NCBI GenBank assembly: GCA_013239625.1
Contig: MU056277.1
Location: 1,962,076-2,026,075, forward strand
DNA length: 64,000 bases
From: Lama guanicoe
Taxonomy: Eukaryota
Reading direction: 5' to 3'
Positions 26,857 to 40,134 of this stretch are shown here, piece after piece. Both the position numbers and the translations under genes were made by a program. The notes under the pieces are model-generated. The model was given only the letters and a program-made list of their open reading frames with translations. It was not told the origin of the DNA and did not search any database. Within the stretch, counting starts at the first letter, position 1; each line of letters starts with the position of its first letter.

Positions 26857-27439
26857 GAACCAGAGTTTGGCTCCTTATGGTTTTGGCCCGTCATCTGCAG
26901 TTACGTTTAGAGTGTTGTCACGGCCCTGCTGACCGTCCAGCCGTCATTCAGTCCGCAGGCACAGGAGTGAGTACCGAGGAGCCACTGTGCGCCCCGTGTG
27001 CTGAGGATGAAGAGACACAATACATAAATAAATGCCCTGCGTTTAAAGAGACGTCTTACACTCTGTCTATAATTTCTAGAGGTTCCTAGTCACAGTTACA
27101 TTAAAATCATATGGAAACTTTAAAAAAAGAAGACGCCGGTTGAAGGTCGGTGGTGCCTTCACGAGAGGAGCGGCACTTCCCGCCCGTGGGATTACTCAGC
27201 AGTTCCACGTGTGCGTGGGAGAATCTTCAAGTCACATTTTTGTCAAGATAGATAATAAAAGGGTGAGAGTCTGGAGAAAGACAGAACGTAGAATTTCAGC
27301 CCAAGAGGGAGCGATCATGCATTCATTTAGAAACACTAAATTACAGTAGCTCAAAAAAAAAAAAAAACCCACCCAGTCCCACCACAGGTAAATGAGAAGC
27401 TTTGAGAGGCAGGCCCAGGCCTTGTTTTCTCATTAACAC

Positions 27440-28200
27440 GTGTTGTCTGATTGTATGACGGAGCACACGGCACCAGTTTGCCGTCCTGGCCGTTTGAGGG
27501 GCACGGGCAGCGGTGCGGTGGTGCGCAGCAGACTGCCCCAGCTGAACTCCGACCCCCTAAATTCCCATGCTCTCCCCTCCCCCGAGCCCCCCATCTGCTT
27601 TCTGTCTCTAGGAATCGGGGCCTCGTACAGGTGCAGTCCTACGGTGTTTGTCCTGTGGTGACTGACTGACTTCACTGAGCGTGACGTCCTCAAGATTCAC
27701 CCACGTTGTAGGGCGTCAGGATTCCTCTCCTTCTGAAGGCTGAGTAGCACTCGGCCGTCTGCGCAGACCACACTTGCTCGTCCATCCGTCTGTTGGCGGA
27801 TGTTTGGGTCTCGGGCCCCGTCTGTGTGAGCGCCACTGCTGTGGACGCGGCCGCGCAAAGGCCTCTGGCTTCCTGCTTTCAGTTCTTCCCGACACGTACC
27901 GAATTTCGGGTTTGAGTTTTTGAGGCCCCTCGCAGCTCTGTTCCGCAGTGCCATCGTCATCGCACCGCCTTCCACGTCCTCCCCGGGGCTCGTCGCTCTC
28001 CGAGTTGAGAGTGGCCTTCCGGACGGTGGCGTCTCCCGGAGGCTCTGATTCGCGTTTCTCTGTGGTTGGTGGTCAGAGCAGCGTGGCGCCCTTTCCTGCG
28101 CTTACAGACCATTGGTGTATCTTCTTTGTAGAGACGTAGGTCCAAGTCCTTCGCCCAGTTTTCGACTGCTCGTTTATTTTGTTGTTCTGTTGAGTTGTAT
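27440..28200 (-). mobile_element. L1M fragment (3' UTR and ORF2 end), strongly GC-shifted
   Basis: TTCACTGAGCGTGACGTCCTCAAGATTCACCCACGTTGTAG...AAGGCTGAGTAG...CAAGTCCTTCGCCCAGTTTT. A minus-strand ORF gives ENWAKDLDLRLYKED, resembling L1 ORF2 KWAKDLNRHFSKED. Confidence 0.8.
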
Positions 28201-29899
28201 TGGTTTTTAAACCAATACAAACCTACGAGAGGCTGATGTGGTACCAGGGTTGGGAGCCACTGATCTGGCTGTAAAACCAGTGGCAGGGCTGAGAGTCTGG
28301 GTTTGTGCCGGGACGTAGGCTGGGTGTTCAGGAGGTTGGGGGAGGGGCGGGAGGCTGTGTCTGGACGACTGACCGCAGGAAGTGGGTCCCCGCTGGGTGT
28401 GTTGACCGGGGCATCAGCTCTGAGCGAGGGCCAGGGTGTGGACAGGGCAGTGGTTCACCTGCAGGTGCTGGTAGAAGCTTGAGCATAAATGGGCCATTGA
28501 GGGGGACCAGTCAGAGAGCAAGGAAAGAACTCTTGACCCCCAGGCCCTGAATGGGGGCCGGGCAGAAACGCAGACAGCGAGGCGAGGGTGCGAGGCGGCC
28601 CGTCCCGCAGGCTGGCCTCCGGAGCGCGGAGCCCTGATGGCGAAAATGCACTCCACTCGGCGTGTGGGCGGATTATGCCAAGACACAGCGAAGGCGAGAC
28701 AGTTTTTTTGGCAGTGTTCCAAAGAAACTGCTTTCTTAGAGAGTGTATTATGCGCACATTTCACAGATCCTTTGTAGCTTCTGCAAAAAAGAAAAGGACT
28801 GTGTGCAAAAAAAAAAAAGAAAGATAAGACAAAATGGAAGAGGTGGGATGAATTTATAAAACTTTTACGGCAGAGGTAGAAGCCATCACACAGGGTGAGA
28901 CGGGTCTTTATTACCTTTTAATTTTGATGGTCAAGCAGTGGACATTTACTCTGAGAAGTAATCCTTAATTTGAATGCAGTTTTAACCTTATGGGAGTGCA
29001 TGCTTTTTATGTTGCTGTTAATCTGAATAAGCAGTTGGGTTGTCAGCCAGCTGCAGGCGTAGCGCAAAAAATGTAAGACTGTGTCATCAGCTGGAAATGC
29101 TGCCTGACGTCAGTGCTGTCAGTGTTTGTGCCGTTAAAACTTGCGTGTGGTCGGCCCTCGCTGCTGCGGGAGCTTCACCGTCACGCTGGGGTCTTAACAA
29201 CTTCAGTTTGTTAAAACAGGCATCACCGCACCTGCTCCGGGGCTCTGACGAGTTCCGGAAAAACAACACAGATGCGCAGCTTAGCAGACAGACTGTCTCC
29301 AGCCCCTGGGGGCTCCCGCGGCCCGTCCTGACCAGTGACCTCGCCTGCGTTTCTGCGCACGTGTGAGTCTGTCACCGCATTTCTTGGTTTAGCTGTGTTC
29401 TCGCGACGTAGACCCAGTGTTGCTCAAAGGCTTAATCCATTTTTGTGAGAGGAGTTGCCAGCTGTTCGCAGTGTTCTGAGTCCACAGGTAAAAACAGGAA
29501 AGGAGACAAGTGAAAAGGAAGTGGCAATGCAGGCACGCTTTGAGGGCAGTGCTGGCCCTAGATGTTAAACAGAGGAAGCTGGAAAACCGGCTCCTGGGAA
29601 GGTGGGCGCTTTGCTGGGCAGGGAGCAGCGAGGAGGGACACTGGGGCTGGGAGAGGGGACAGGCCACCGTGCCATCGGGGAGGGGCTCGGCCGCCGTCAC
29701 CCTGCGTGAACGTGTCCGTGTTGCCTCTGCTCGGCCAGCTGACACCTCGGGGACCAGAAGGCCTGGGGAGGACGCTGGGCCGGCTCCCAGATGAAAGCCG
29801 TCTGCCGGGCGGGGCTGATCCTGACTGCGTGTGAGCAGCCCTCCCCTTTCCAACAGACAGGGCTGTTGTCACCGCCGCCCCAGACTTCCCCTAAGCCCG

Positions 29900-30045
29900 T
29901 CCTCTCCAGTCCTTACTCTTCACCGCGGTCTGCGGGGCGGGCCTCACTGTTGCTCCGTTTTGCAGATGGGAATCGAGGCACAGAGGAGGGAAGTTGCCCT
30001 TGTGATGCTGCCAGTGGGTCCGAGGACCGTGGCTCCGGGGCTCCT
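29900..30045 (-). mobile_element. MIR SINE remnant
   Basis: CCGTTTTGCAGATGGGAATCGAGGCACAGAG is the reverse MIR core. Confidence 0.65.
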
Positions 30046-32748
30046 CCCCTCTCCCGAGATGGGCAGTTTCGTGTGTGTTGACACGTGTACACATGCTGTG
30101 CGGCATCTTAAAAATAATCGTGGGGCCAGCTTGTCGACCTTCCTGGGGGGCCACGTGCTTTAAGGGACTGTTTCTGTCTCCACAGTCGCAAGTCACTCAT
30201 CTCAGGGAATGAGGCGCAGTGTCTTTCCCAGGGCTGAGCTCCGAGCCTGGTGCCGGTGGTGTCGCGCGAGGTCCGCGTGCTTTCGGAGGAGTTCTGTGCG
30301 CGTGGAACCGCGTGGAGCAGACGGCAGTGGGGTCAGGTCTCCCCGCGTCTTGGCGGGTGGCCCAGGCAGGCCGTCCTCTGCTGGGAGGAGCCCCGTGTCG
30401 GGCAGGTTGTGAGGGGGGAGCTTTGTTGGACTGTGTTCCGGCTCGCCACCCGCAGCGTTGTCCGCAGCGTGCGTGGTTGAAGGCGGCTGGCTGGATTTCC
30501 ACGGCCATGGCAGAGTTGGGGCTTATTTCACTGGGGACCCTGTGGACCCTTGACTGTGATGTTGTGAAGGAGGGGGCGCCCTGTGCCCTGGCCCTGACGG
30601 GACGGGTGTGACCGGGGAAGTCTGGAAGAGGGTCATGTGTGCTCCTGGCGTGCAGATGTGACGCGGGTGGTTGCTCTGTGGTTAATCCTGCCGGGGGTGA
30701 GTCCTGGTTCCGCTCTTGATTTCGTCCCTTCAACAGGTGTTGCCAGGGCGCCTGTCCTGCCCTGCGAGTGCTGGCCGATGGGGGTGACGGGCCCTCGCAC
30801 CTCTGTTCTGGGGGAGCCAGGAGGTCGGTACGTGAACAGTGCTGTCTGATGGGGGCCCCGGAGAGAGGTGAGGATGACGGGCGGCGGGGGCAGGCCGCTT
30901 CACGCGGTGGGGGCGGGAAAAGGACACCTTGGAGCGCAGAGCTGGGTCGCGGCAGGGGCCCGCGGGCGTCCCTGGCTGCGGTCTGCGCTCCGAGGCCTGG
31001 GCGGCCGTCCCTGTCGTTTCTGAAGCCCGGGAAGCAGGGGCTCGGGGAGAGGCAGGGCCACAGGCCCGGGAACCGGGCGGTCCCTTTCCCGGCTGGGCCT
31101 TCCTCCCTGTCCCTGTGGGCTTCGGCGGCATTAAAGGCACCTGTCTGGCTGTGTGTTTGGATGTGAGAAAATGAACGAGGGTTTTGGTCAGAGGTGTTCA
31201 GGTCCTACAAATGGAGTTGCCTTCTGAATGGAATGCGCCACGCCTTTCTACCAAACAGGGGACGGTGATGAGTCTGCGAGCCATAATAGAGGCAGGCTGC
31301 CCGCAGACAGCCGCCGTGGGCTCCCTCCACCCTGCAAGTGCTGAAGAGAAAGGGTAGCCTCGCCAGGTAGCGTCAGAGTTTCCAGGAATGCGGGGCTCGG
31401 GGCTCCGGGTGGGGCCCGCGCCTGGCTCCTGGCAGCTGCCTGCCGCTGGCTCTCTGGGGACTGAGCCCTGCAGGCCCTTGGGGAGGTGGAGAGACGTGTG
31501 TTACTTACGTCTGCTGATGGGGATAGGCGTGCTCACAAATGCTCTCCAGGCACTGCTTGCACACGAGCCCCAGTCCCGGGGCTGTCTTTCCGTTTTTCAC
31601 CCAGCATAGACGAACAGGCCGTCAGGACCACGTGACTTCGTAGGGCAGTCGTGGAAAATGTCTTCTGGGCCTCAGGTCGTCCGAGGAATCCAGTTTGACA
31701 GAAACTGATACTGAACACCACCAACATTTTATCTTCTCTGAAATTGACTGACTTTGTAGACACTTGTCTGGAGGAAGGAGTGCAGCGTGTGTGGCGGGAG
31801 GGCTGGCCTTGGTGGCCTCGGAGTGAGGGCGGCCCCTGGAGCAGCAGATGCGCACAGTCAGCACCTGCTGAGCAGCGTTGACCATCGTGAGCAAATCCCT
31901 CGTGTTCTCGCAGAGCACGCAGAAAGCTCGGTGGTGCGCACAGAAACAAAGTGGAACCTGCCACTAGCCCTGCGTGGGCCCAGAGACGGAGGTGCCTCAG
32001 GGACAGGCGCCGATCTGCTGGTGCAGCTGAAAGAAGCAGAGAAGCACCATCAGGGCTCTTGTGAAGGCGACAGATTCCATGATCTGCCACTAGAGTTCTC
32101 GGGACGCTTGCGTTTTTGGCACAGCAGCTCTCACTGGGGCGCGGTCTTGCCACCCAGGGGACGTGTGGTGTCGCCCAGAAGCGCTTCTGGTTGTCAGGGC
32201 TGGGGATGCTCCTGGTGTCTTGTGGGCGGAGGCGGGGGGCACGACTGACCCCTCACAGTGCACGGGACTCGCCCTGGGACCTGCCCCGTGTCGCTGGTGC
32301 TGTGGCTGGCGACCCCTGATTGAACATCGTGCTCTTAGTAGAAAAGTGTCGGAGGTTTTGAAGTCATTTTTGATGTTTTTGGTAGTTTTTTTTTAACTGC
32401 TTTTGAATTAAAATGCAAGTGGTAGAGTATAATAGAATGCCGTGCAGAGTTGAAATAGAGCTAAAACCTCAATAGGAAGGAATGTCCAGTGGAGCACGGG
32501 GGGGCTGGCCGCCCTGGGAGTGTGGAGAGAGGGGACGTGGAGAGGGTCCCCTGACATGTGTGCATACTTCCTGGTCGGCTCCCTCTGTGGGGGGGGGGTC
32601 CACCCGAAATCCAGGCCCCGCCTTCTGGCCTGTGGCTTCCTCTTCTGCAGCTTCTCTCTCTCTGCCCCCCACCCCCCCCGCCGCAGGCCTGGCCCCACCG
32701 GGGAGGGCCTGGTGGGCTGCTCTCTGCGCCCCACCCCCCCCCCCGCCC

Positions 32749-32771
32749 NNNNNNNNNNNNNNNNNNNNNNN
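32749..32771. other. Assembly gap (23 N) within a C-rich tract
   Basis: N run flanked by poly-C. Confidence 0.99.
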
Positions 32772-33391
32772 CCCGCCCAGCCTCCCCCGACCCTTCCTCT
32801 AACCCGGGCCCCTCCCTCTGGGAGCATTAGGTGACACAATTAGACTAAGACATGGCCTGAGGGTAACATCTCTAAGTGGACGTCAAGCACCAGGAGAGAC
32901 ACGTTACGTTTTCGCAGCGGGACAAGGGCTGATCTCGGAATGAGTCACGGGCGCTGAGAGCCGTCCATCCGGAGCCCCGTCCCATCAGGAGGTGGGCAGA
33001 CGGGTGTGGCAGGTCACCGAGGTCCCCGGGAAGAGCTGCACTTTCCACCTGCTTTGAGGAGCACTGGGTGGGCTGCCCTGGGGTGGGGCTCGTGGGAGCC
33101 GGGAGCCACCCATCCTGGTCGTGGGGAGACCACCCTCGGATAACAGAGTGGCCCCCACCTCTCCGCTGGCTTCTGCCGCTGCCAGCCCGGCCCAGCTCTC
33201 AGGACCTGCTGGTGGCCCTAGGCTGGTCACCTCCCCGGGGTCGGCCTCAGCCTCAGGCTCCAAAGCCGGTGTCTCCTCCCAGATGGAACCTTCGCTTCAG
33301 GGTTTCAGAGACACGCAGGTTCTAGGCAGCCTGTTTCCAGACGCACCAGCGCCCTGAGCCACGGTCTCCGAAGCTGTTCTGCGTGCGCTGT

Positions 33392-33431
33392 CACCCAGCG
33401 GTCAGTGCTGCCACCCAGCGGTCAGTGCTGC
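33392..33431. repeat. Perfect 20-nt tandem duplication
   Basis: CACCCAGCGGTCAGTGCTGC x2. Confidence 0.92.
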
Positions 33432-34106
33432 CCCTACGCAGCGCGGTGCGCTGGGATCCCTGCCTCGGCCGCGACTGCTTCACTAGGCACACGTTCAGTG
33501 CTTAGACGGTGTGCCTGCAGCCGCTGGAGGTGCGTGATTCCACCCGTGAGAGGCCCGTGTGGAGACCAGCGTGTTTGTGGGGCAGTTGGGTGGTTGCTTA
33601 GTTTCCTGGCTCATTCGTCTCCGGGAGGGGAGAAGCTGTCCTGGGAAGGAGACGCAGAGACCGCATGGCCTCGGCGTGGCTCGCGGGCGGCGGGTTCTGG
33701 TGCGCTGTGAGGAGCAGGGCGGGAGCATCTCTCCTGCTAACGGCTTTTGTGCTCCCAACAGGTTTGTGTTTAAAAACATGTTCAGGACACGCCTGCCTCC
33801 AGAGGCCCAGGATCCGCCTGGGAAGGGAGAGCCCGCAGCTGCCAGTGCGTGTGGTCAGTGGGGAGGGGGCTCCGGCAGACGCTGTCAGCTCAGACCCGCG
33901 ACAGAAGGGAGGGCGACCACCGGGCTTCTGGCCGCGCCGCGGGAGGCCGGACCCTGCGCGCTGGCCCCGGAAAGGCTGGGGATTCGAGCCCGTAGGCCCC
34001 ACATACGGACATGCGCTTATTTAGTTGCCTTTATTGGAGTGGAGTTGACTTGCGGTGCTGTGTGCGGCCTGGTGACTCTGTCACACACATGTGTTCCTTT
34101 TCGCCG

Positions 34107-34185
34107 GAGGCTGTTATGGGCATCGGGTCCAGCTCCCTGGGCTGCGTCAGAGGCTGTTATGGGCATCGGGTCCAGCTCCCTGGGC
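34107..34185. repeat. Direct repeat of 36 identical nt, period 43
   Basis: GAGGCTGTTATGGGCATCGGGTCCAGCTCCCTGGGC at 34107 and 34150. Confidence 0.92.
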
Positions 34186-36425
34186 CGGGCGGCGGGTCCT
34201 TGTGTGCTCTCGGGCTCTGTCTTAGTCACTGGACCCGAGTGAGGCTGACAGAAGTGAGTTGGACCGTCCCTGGGCGCACAGACACATGCGGGGTGAGGGG
34301 GGAGCCCTAAGGAGCCCCGCCACGCGCTCCCTCCCGGAGCTGGAAGTGAGCCGGAAGCAGGCCTGACTTAGCAGCACATGAGCTCCGTGCTGTCTTACCC
34401 ATCGAACAAGAAACGCTGCCTGACGCTGTGAACAGACACCAGAACGGGGGATGCTTACACCGGATCCCTGCAAACGTGAGGCGTGCTCACTAGGCGGAAC
34501 CCCCTCCGCAGAACCTGGTCTGGTGCCTGGAGGCTCGCCCCGTGCGTCTGTTCGGCCCCACGGTGTCGTTCAGTAATAGGTTTTGTCTTGTTTCAGCTGA
34601 AATTCAAAGCTTCCGTCAGGCGACTACACTGGCTGAAACTGAGTTTCAGCGTATTTTGCAGACTCTCTTTTGTCCTTGGGTGCTTTCCAGCCCTGACGCT
34701 CGGGCTGCCGCGCCCAACCCCGCAGGCTGGCGGCGCTGTGGGTGAGGCGGGGCCCGCGCCCCGCTCTCGGTGCGGCAGCCGCTTTGTGCCGGGGTCCTGA
34801 GCTCAGGAGCATCTTGCTGGCGGGGGCGGGGCGGGTGTCTGCCCCGCCCTGGCCCTAGCCCTCCCCCTCCCCTGCACGGCTGCGCGGCAGTGCCGGCGGG
34901 AGGGAGGCTTGTGCGTCTGAAGTCTCGGGCGCCCCGTTTCCTGGGGAGTGGGCCCAGCTGGGCCGCCGCGCGCTGCCAGCCTCGCAGCTGTTGGAGTTTT
35001 GGTGTTTCCCCTTGTTTCCGTCCATGACGGTGTCACTTGTGCCTCTGGGTCCTCGTCTGCCACCCCGAACGTGTCCGACCTGGCGGTTCGGGAACTCGTC
35101 ATGTGGTTTGTGGACTCCTCCCCAGCCCAGGCCCGTCCAGAGGGGACCGCTCCCCACCCCTGTGCTGATGGGCGACTCCTCGTCGCAGAGGTGCTCAGTG
35201 CTCAGCCCCACTCCCGCAGCTCACAGGGCGCTTAGACCGCGGCAGCCACGTCTTCTTGCTGGAGCCTGGACGGCGGGGCTGCAGCCAGTGCCTGGCTGCA
35301 TGCTCCCTGCCTGGTTCCTGCCGCGTGTGGCCAGCGATATCGTCCCTCCCGTCTGACACCAGCGCCTAGAGAGAGGCCAGTGTCTCTGTCCTCCTGCCCG
35401 GGAGTCCTCGCCCCCACCCATGACCCATCTTAGATCTCCGTGCGCCGTGACTTCCAGAAATGTCTGCACCACCGTGGACAGGGCAGTGGCTGACCATTGG
35501 TTCAGGACAGTCTGGGTTAAGAAATTGCACAGCAGGGCTCAGTGTACAGAGACCCAGACTGTTAGAGGTGGACGGAGCACAAAGACTGTCTAGTTGAATC
35601 CTTTCACGCTGCTTCTGACGGATTTGACACAGAGCCATGGAGTGACTCGTCCACAGTCGCACAGCCGGTGGGCCTCGGACACGCGCGTGACCGCGGGTGT
35701 GGTAGAACCGTGGGGAGTACAGCAGGCCCCCAAGGGTCCTCTTTGCTGTTGTCTGTCCACGTTGAACATTTAACTTAACCTTCTCAGGACCTGAACGTGT
35801 GTGCAGAGCACAGTTGGTCTGACCCCAGAGGCACTTCTGCCTGTCGCGCCGTGAGGCTCCCCGGTAGCTGTGTGACCTGCTGGACGAGCATGTTGAAACC
35901 GGAGTGTGTCGGACTGTGGGCCGGCCGCAGTCCCCCTCCGTCCCGCCTGCCTCCCCGGGGCAGGCTCCCTATGGGCCTGGCTGCAGCAGAACCGCTGTCT
36001 TGAGGTTTAGGAGAAGGGCTTCCAGGATTTTCATTTCTGTGCTCAAAGCTCGGTTTCTATGCCTTCTGTCCTTGCCCGGCTCATTCACTACCTGTTCTTT
36101 TTCAGTGTGACTGCCTGAGCCCACAGGGATGGGAGGCACCCGTTTGGCTCTGTTTTGAGAAATAAAGGAAGTCAGGACATTTTCAGTTTTCTTGACTCCC
36201 GCATCCAGAGCTTTATCTACGAAGCTCTTGAGCAGGTTTTTTTGGGGGGTGTGGGGTGGGGGGAGGGCTGTAATTTTAACTAGGCAAGAATGTAAAACAA
36301 AAAAATTGTCATATGACTAAATTACATCCCAGTGCATCTTTTTAGACAGTGAAAAATGCTACCAGGTGTACGTGATGGCAAGAGAGCGGTGAAAATACTA
36401 GTTGATTATCTTGGATGCGAAGCTC

Positions 36426-36610
36426 TTTTAGACTGAAGTAGAGCTGCTTGACAGCGTTGCGTTCTTTCTGGTGTGCGGCGCGGTGAGTCGGTTACACACG
36501 CCATACCCTCTGTGGCTGTAGGGTGTTACAGGCTGTTTGTTGAAGGCGGCTCCCTGTGCTGTGCAGTAGGCCCTGGTTGTTTATCTGTTCTGCACACAGT
36601 AGTTTGGATC
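36426..36610 (-). mobile_element. L1 3' end (artiodactyl type), short
   Basis: TGAAGTAGAGCTG...TTTCTGGTGT...TCCCTGTGCTGTGCAGTAGGCCCTGGTTGTTTATC. Confidence 0.75.
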
Positions 36611-37806
36611 ATAAGGTGACTTTTCAAGTCAGCATCCTTTCTGGTGGCTTCATCCGATGTGGGGAGGCAGGGGGAGGGCGGAGTGGGCAGGGAGCCCTCG
36701 CTGGCAGGAGAGGGCGGCCTGGCCTTCCGCGCGGCCCACACCCCAGGCTGGTGTCCCGGAGGGAGCTCGCATACGTGCTGGCAGGTGGCGCAGGGCCTGC
36801 TCCGTCCTGGGAACCCACACCGTTTCCTGAGCCTCTGCTGAGCATCTCTGAAAACAGGGAAGGAGTCAGAGACCGATTTGGTCTTTTCCCTTTAGTCTGC
36901 CTGGACTGTCCACGAAGCTTCGCCCTCACTGAAGGCAAGCGGTGGCGTTTGCTGAGGGTGAGCAAACAGGAAGTTGCCGCGGGAGGTGGCATGCTGGGGG
37001 CTCACGCGTGAAAAGACTTCTTTCCCCGAGAAGTTGATAGGTGAGCAAGGAAGGTGATGGTAGAAGCAAAGAAGAGAAGGAAGAAGGAACGTGAGGCTCA
37101 CAGTGACCTCAAACAGCAGAAAGCTTCGAGGGCACTGCTTACCCTGTTTGGCTTCAGAAAGCGAGGGTTCCCTGAGGCCACAGAGGCCGGGCACGGGCTG
37201 GACACAGGCTGGACAGGGCAGGACCGGTCCTGGGCCGACACACCACCCTGCTTGTTCTTAAGGAGTCTGAGTGAGGGGCGTGGACCCCACGTCAGGGCCC
37301 TGGGCTGGGCTGCCTCTGAGCGTCTCGTCCGAAGCCACGGTGTCTTTGGCACCCGGGTGCTGACAGCGCACCGTCTGGTTGAGTGTTTTTAGAAGATGCT
37401 TTGGGTCCAAGCTCTCTCCTTGACGTCTCCTGCACAGCACTCTGGGTGACACGGGGGTGAGTGGGGCCCGGCCTCTCTTTCCGGGAAAGCCTCGCTGACC
37501 GAGAGGCTGCACGCTGACGGCCCCGCCCGCGCCCAGGCTGCGCGGCACCGAAGACCCTTCCCACAGCCTCTGGGCCGTCCCTTGTCTCCTCTTCGGAAAC
37601 TTAGGGTTTTGCTGTCGCTTCTGTCCTCAAGTGGACCCGCCGCCGCGTGTCGTTTCTCCTGACCCCGGCCCTTCCCGGGGCGCAGACGGCTTCCCTGAGG
37701 CGCCGGCAGGGGTTTGAGGGGCTTAGCCCGCGAGGGCCCCGTGGGGCCGGGTGGCTGCCGCCTCGCAGCGGGCCCGGCCCCCGCTCACCTGCCCTGTTGT
37801 CCGCAG

Positions 37807-37929
37807 TGTGCAGGCGAGGAGAACTGGGTGGACAGCCGGACCGTCTACGTGGGGCACCGGGAGCCCCCGCCGGGTGCCGAGGCCTACATCCTGCAGAGGT
37901 TCCCGGACAACCGCATCGTCTCCTCCAAG
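37807..37929 (+). CDS. ATP11A: ATP11A exon 2 (123 nt): [41 protein letters not shown]
   Basis: ccgcag| ... |gtgagc, phase 0-0; matches the ATP11A N-terminus. Confidence 0.97.
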
Positions 37930-37981
37930 GTGAGCGCCGTGTGCCCGCTAACCTGCCCGCACAACTCCCTGCTGTTGCTAC

Positions 37982-38125
37982 TTATTTTTTTAGTTTTTAT
38001 TTGAATTTTGTTGGGGGAGGTAATCAGGGTTTATGTATTTACGTATTTTAATGGAGGCGCTGGGGGTTGAACCTGGGACCTTGTGCACGCGAAGCACGTG
38101 CTCTGCCGCTTAGCTGCACCCCCCC
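37982..38125 (-). mobile_element. tRNA-Ala-derived SINE (camelid vic-1-like)
   Basis: Minus strand reads GGGGGTGCAGCTAAGCGGCAGAGCAC...GGTTCAACCCCCAGCGCCTCCA, then an A-rich tail containing ATTACCTCCCC. Confidence 0.8.
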
Positions 38126-40044
38126 TCGGGTCATTACAATTTAACACAGGTCCAGAGGCACTTGGGCCACCGCCCCGTGGTGCCAGCCCCCGTATGTGCA
38201 ACACGGCCTCGTCGTGTTTTACTTTATCCATGCAGCGCTGACGTCTGCAGTCACGAATGTTTAAATTATCTCCCTGGGTGTTCGCTTTTGTTGTCACACA
38301 TCATCAGGGACTTTTGACCACGTCACTAATGATCCGTGGTAGTGATTGATAACAGCTGCCTGTGCTGTGAAGCACGGAGGTCACACAGCCTCGTGTCCAA
38401 GCTGCAGTGCCGGCCTCCTGCGCCTGCCTGGAACAGAGTCGGTCAGCGGGGTTAAATTCCACGTCTGCACCTGGCGGACTCTACCTGGTGGAGCAGGACT
38501 GGGGAGCTGAACGGTGTCCTGAAGCGGGGGCATCACACTGGGGCGAGAGCGGGGGTTCACGCAGCACGCCAGAGCTACCAGAGCCCGACCTGCACGCTCG
38601 GAAGGACTGTAGACGCTGACATTCTGTGTTGTAAATACGTGAAGCTTTCTAACGCGGAAACTTTCAGAAACATAGAAAAATAGGAGGGCGCTGTGACAGG
38701 TGTCTGTGCTGCCCCCGCTGTCCCCCGCTGTCCGCCGCTGTCAGCAGACGGCCCGGCCTGTCTATTCTGTGCGGCTTTCTTCCTCGAGGTCATTTTGGAG
38801 CAAATCCTAAACAGTGTATAATTTCTGTCTGTAAACGTCGCAGCAGATGGAAGACGGGGTCAAGTGGGAACTGCTCCTCTAACGTGCCTTTGTGCTGAGC
38901 AAGGCGGTTAGGTGTTTGGGGGAAGTGTTTCAGTTAACTCCTGGGCAGTGAGTGTGCTGCTGGGCAGGGCTCCACCGATGGGACCCCAGGGATGGCAGCC
39001 CCGCTTTGGGGTCAGTGTCCCTCAGAACGGAGCACGTGAGGAACGAAAGGCCGCTCTAGGCTGGTCACAGAGCCCCAAACACGAGACGCAAGTGCTGCAA
39101 CGACGTACAGGTCTTCCAACAGCTCCTTTTGAGAGTTAGTGAAAAGTCAGTGGCGCTCCTGTATGCCAGCAACAAACGACTGGAATTTGAAATTAAAAAA
39201 CACCACCGTTTTCCAAGAACTTGCGTGGCGTCTGGCATGAAAGGAGCCCTTGGGGTGAGAGTCGGGTCACCAGCGCCTGGATCCGAGGTGCCAGCTCCGG
39301 CCCTGACGGGAGCTGACCGAGGTCCCTACCGCTCCAGGTGCCAGAGGTGATGAGGGCCCCCACGCAGCCGGGCGGAGCAGCGCGCTCTCCTCAGGGCACG
39401 ATCTTCAGCAAAAGGCAGAACTGTCCGATGGAATTTTAAAAGCAAGGTCCCGGCTCCGTGTTTGCTGAAGGGTGACGACACCTGGGACACGTCTTCCACA
39501 CAGAAGTCAGGGAGACGCCTCCTTAGGTGAAAGCGAGACGTTTGGAGAATGAGGGGCCCAGCTACCCTCCCCCCGCCCCCCGCGAGCAGGAGGGGCCGAC
39601 CCAGACTGTTGCCCGCCTGGCTCGAGACCACCTAGAAATAGTGGCTGTGTTACTTCCCGTCACCTCCTCGTCACACTGTCACAGAGAGCGAGCTTGCCGA
39701 AGCTGACCCGCAGGGCACGATGCTGACCACGTGTGTTCTGAGTCACCGACCAGAGCTTCACACTTGATGAAAGACATTTAATTAGTAAGACTATTCTTAA
39801 GCCACTTTGCGTTACTTAAATTACCTGAAATTAGGTAACACACACGCCATTTTTGGAGCGCACGTTCTGGCTGTTTGTTTTTATGGTCGTCCAGTGGGTA
39901 AAATGTCTGCAGACTGTCAGCTTTGTTTTGTATCTAAAACTAGACGTTTTGTACTTTAAAATACACCGCTCATCCTGTGGTTGATTAACACAGCAAAATG
40001 TGAAATGTGGCCAAAATGACTCCTTTCTGTTCTCTTGTGCACAG

Positions 40045-40134
40045 TACACGTTCTGGAACTTCATTCCCAAGAACCTGTTTGAACAATTCAGAAGAATAGC
40101 CAACTTCTATTTTCTTATCATATTTCTGGTGCAG
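40045..40134 (+). CDS. ATP11A: ATP11A exon 3 (90 nt): [30 protein letters not shown] (TM1; last codon = Q84 equivalent)
   Basis: gcacag| ... |gtaagg; P4-ATPase [13 protein letters not shown] motif. Confidence 0.98.

Noticed and set aside
31787-32248. 153-aa ORF with a mixed-composition middle
   Set aside because: Non-ATG start, no recognisable homology and no exon boundaries.
34107-34185. 36-nt direct repeat resembling a CRISPR repeat
   Set aside because: Only two copies with a 7-nt spacer, no cas genes, and a mammalian intron context.
37891-37902. LQRF versus recalled human PQRY in exon 2
   Set aside because: These positions vary among ATP11 paralogues; no basis for a functional claim.
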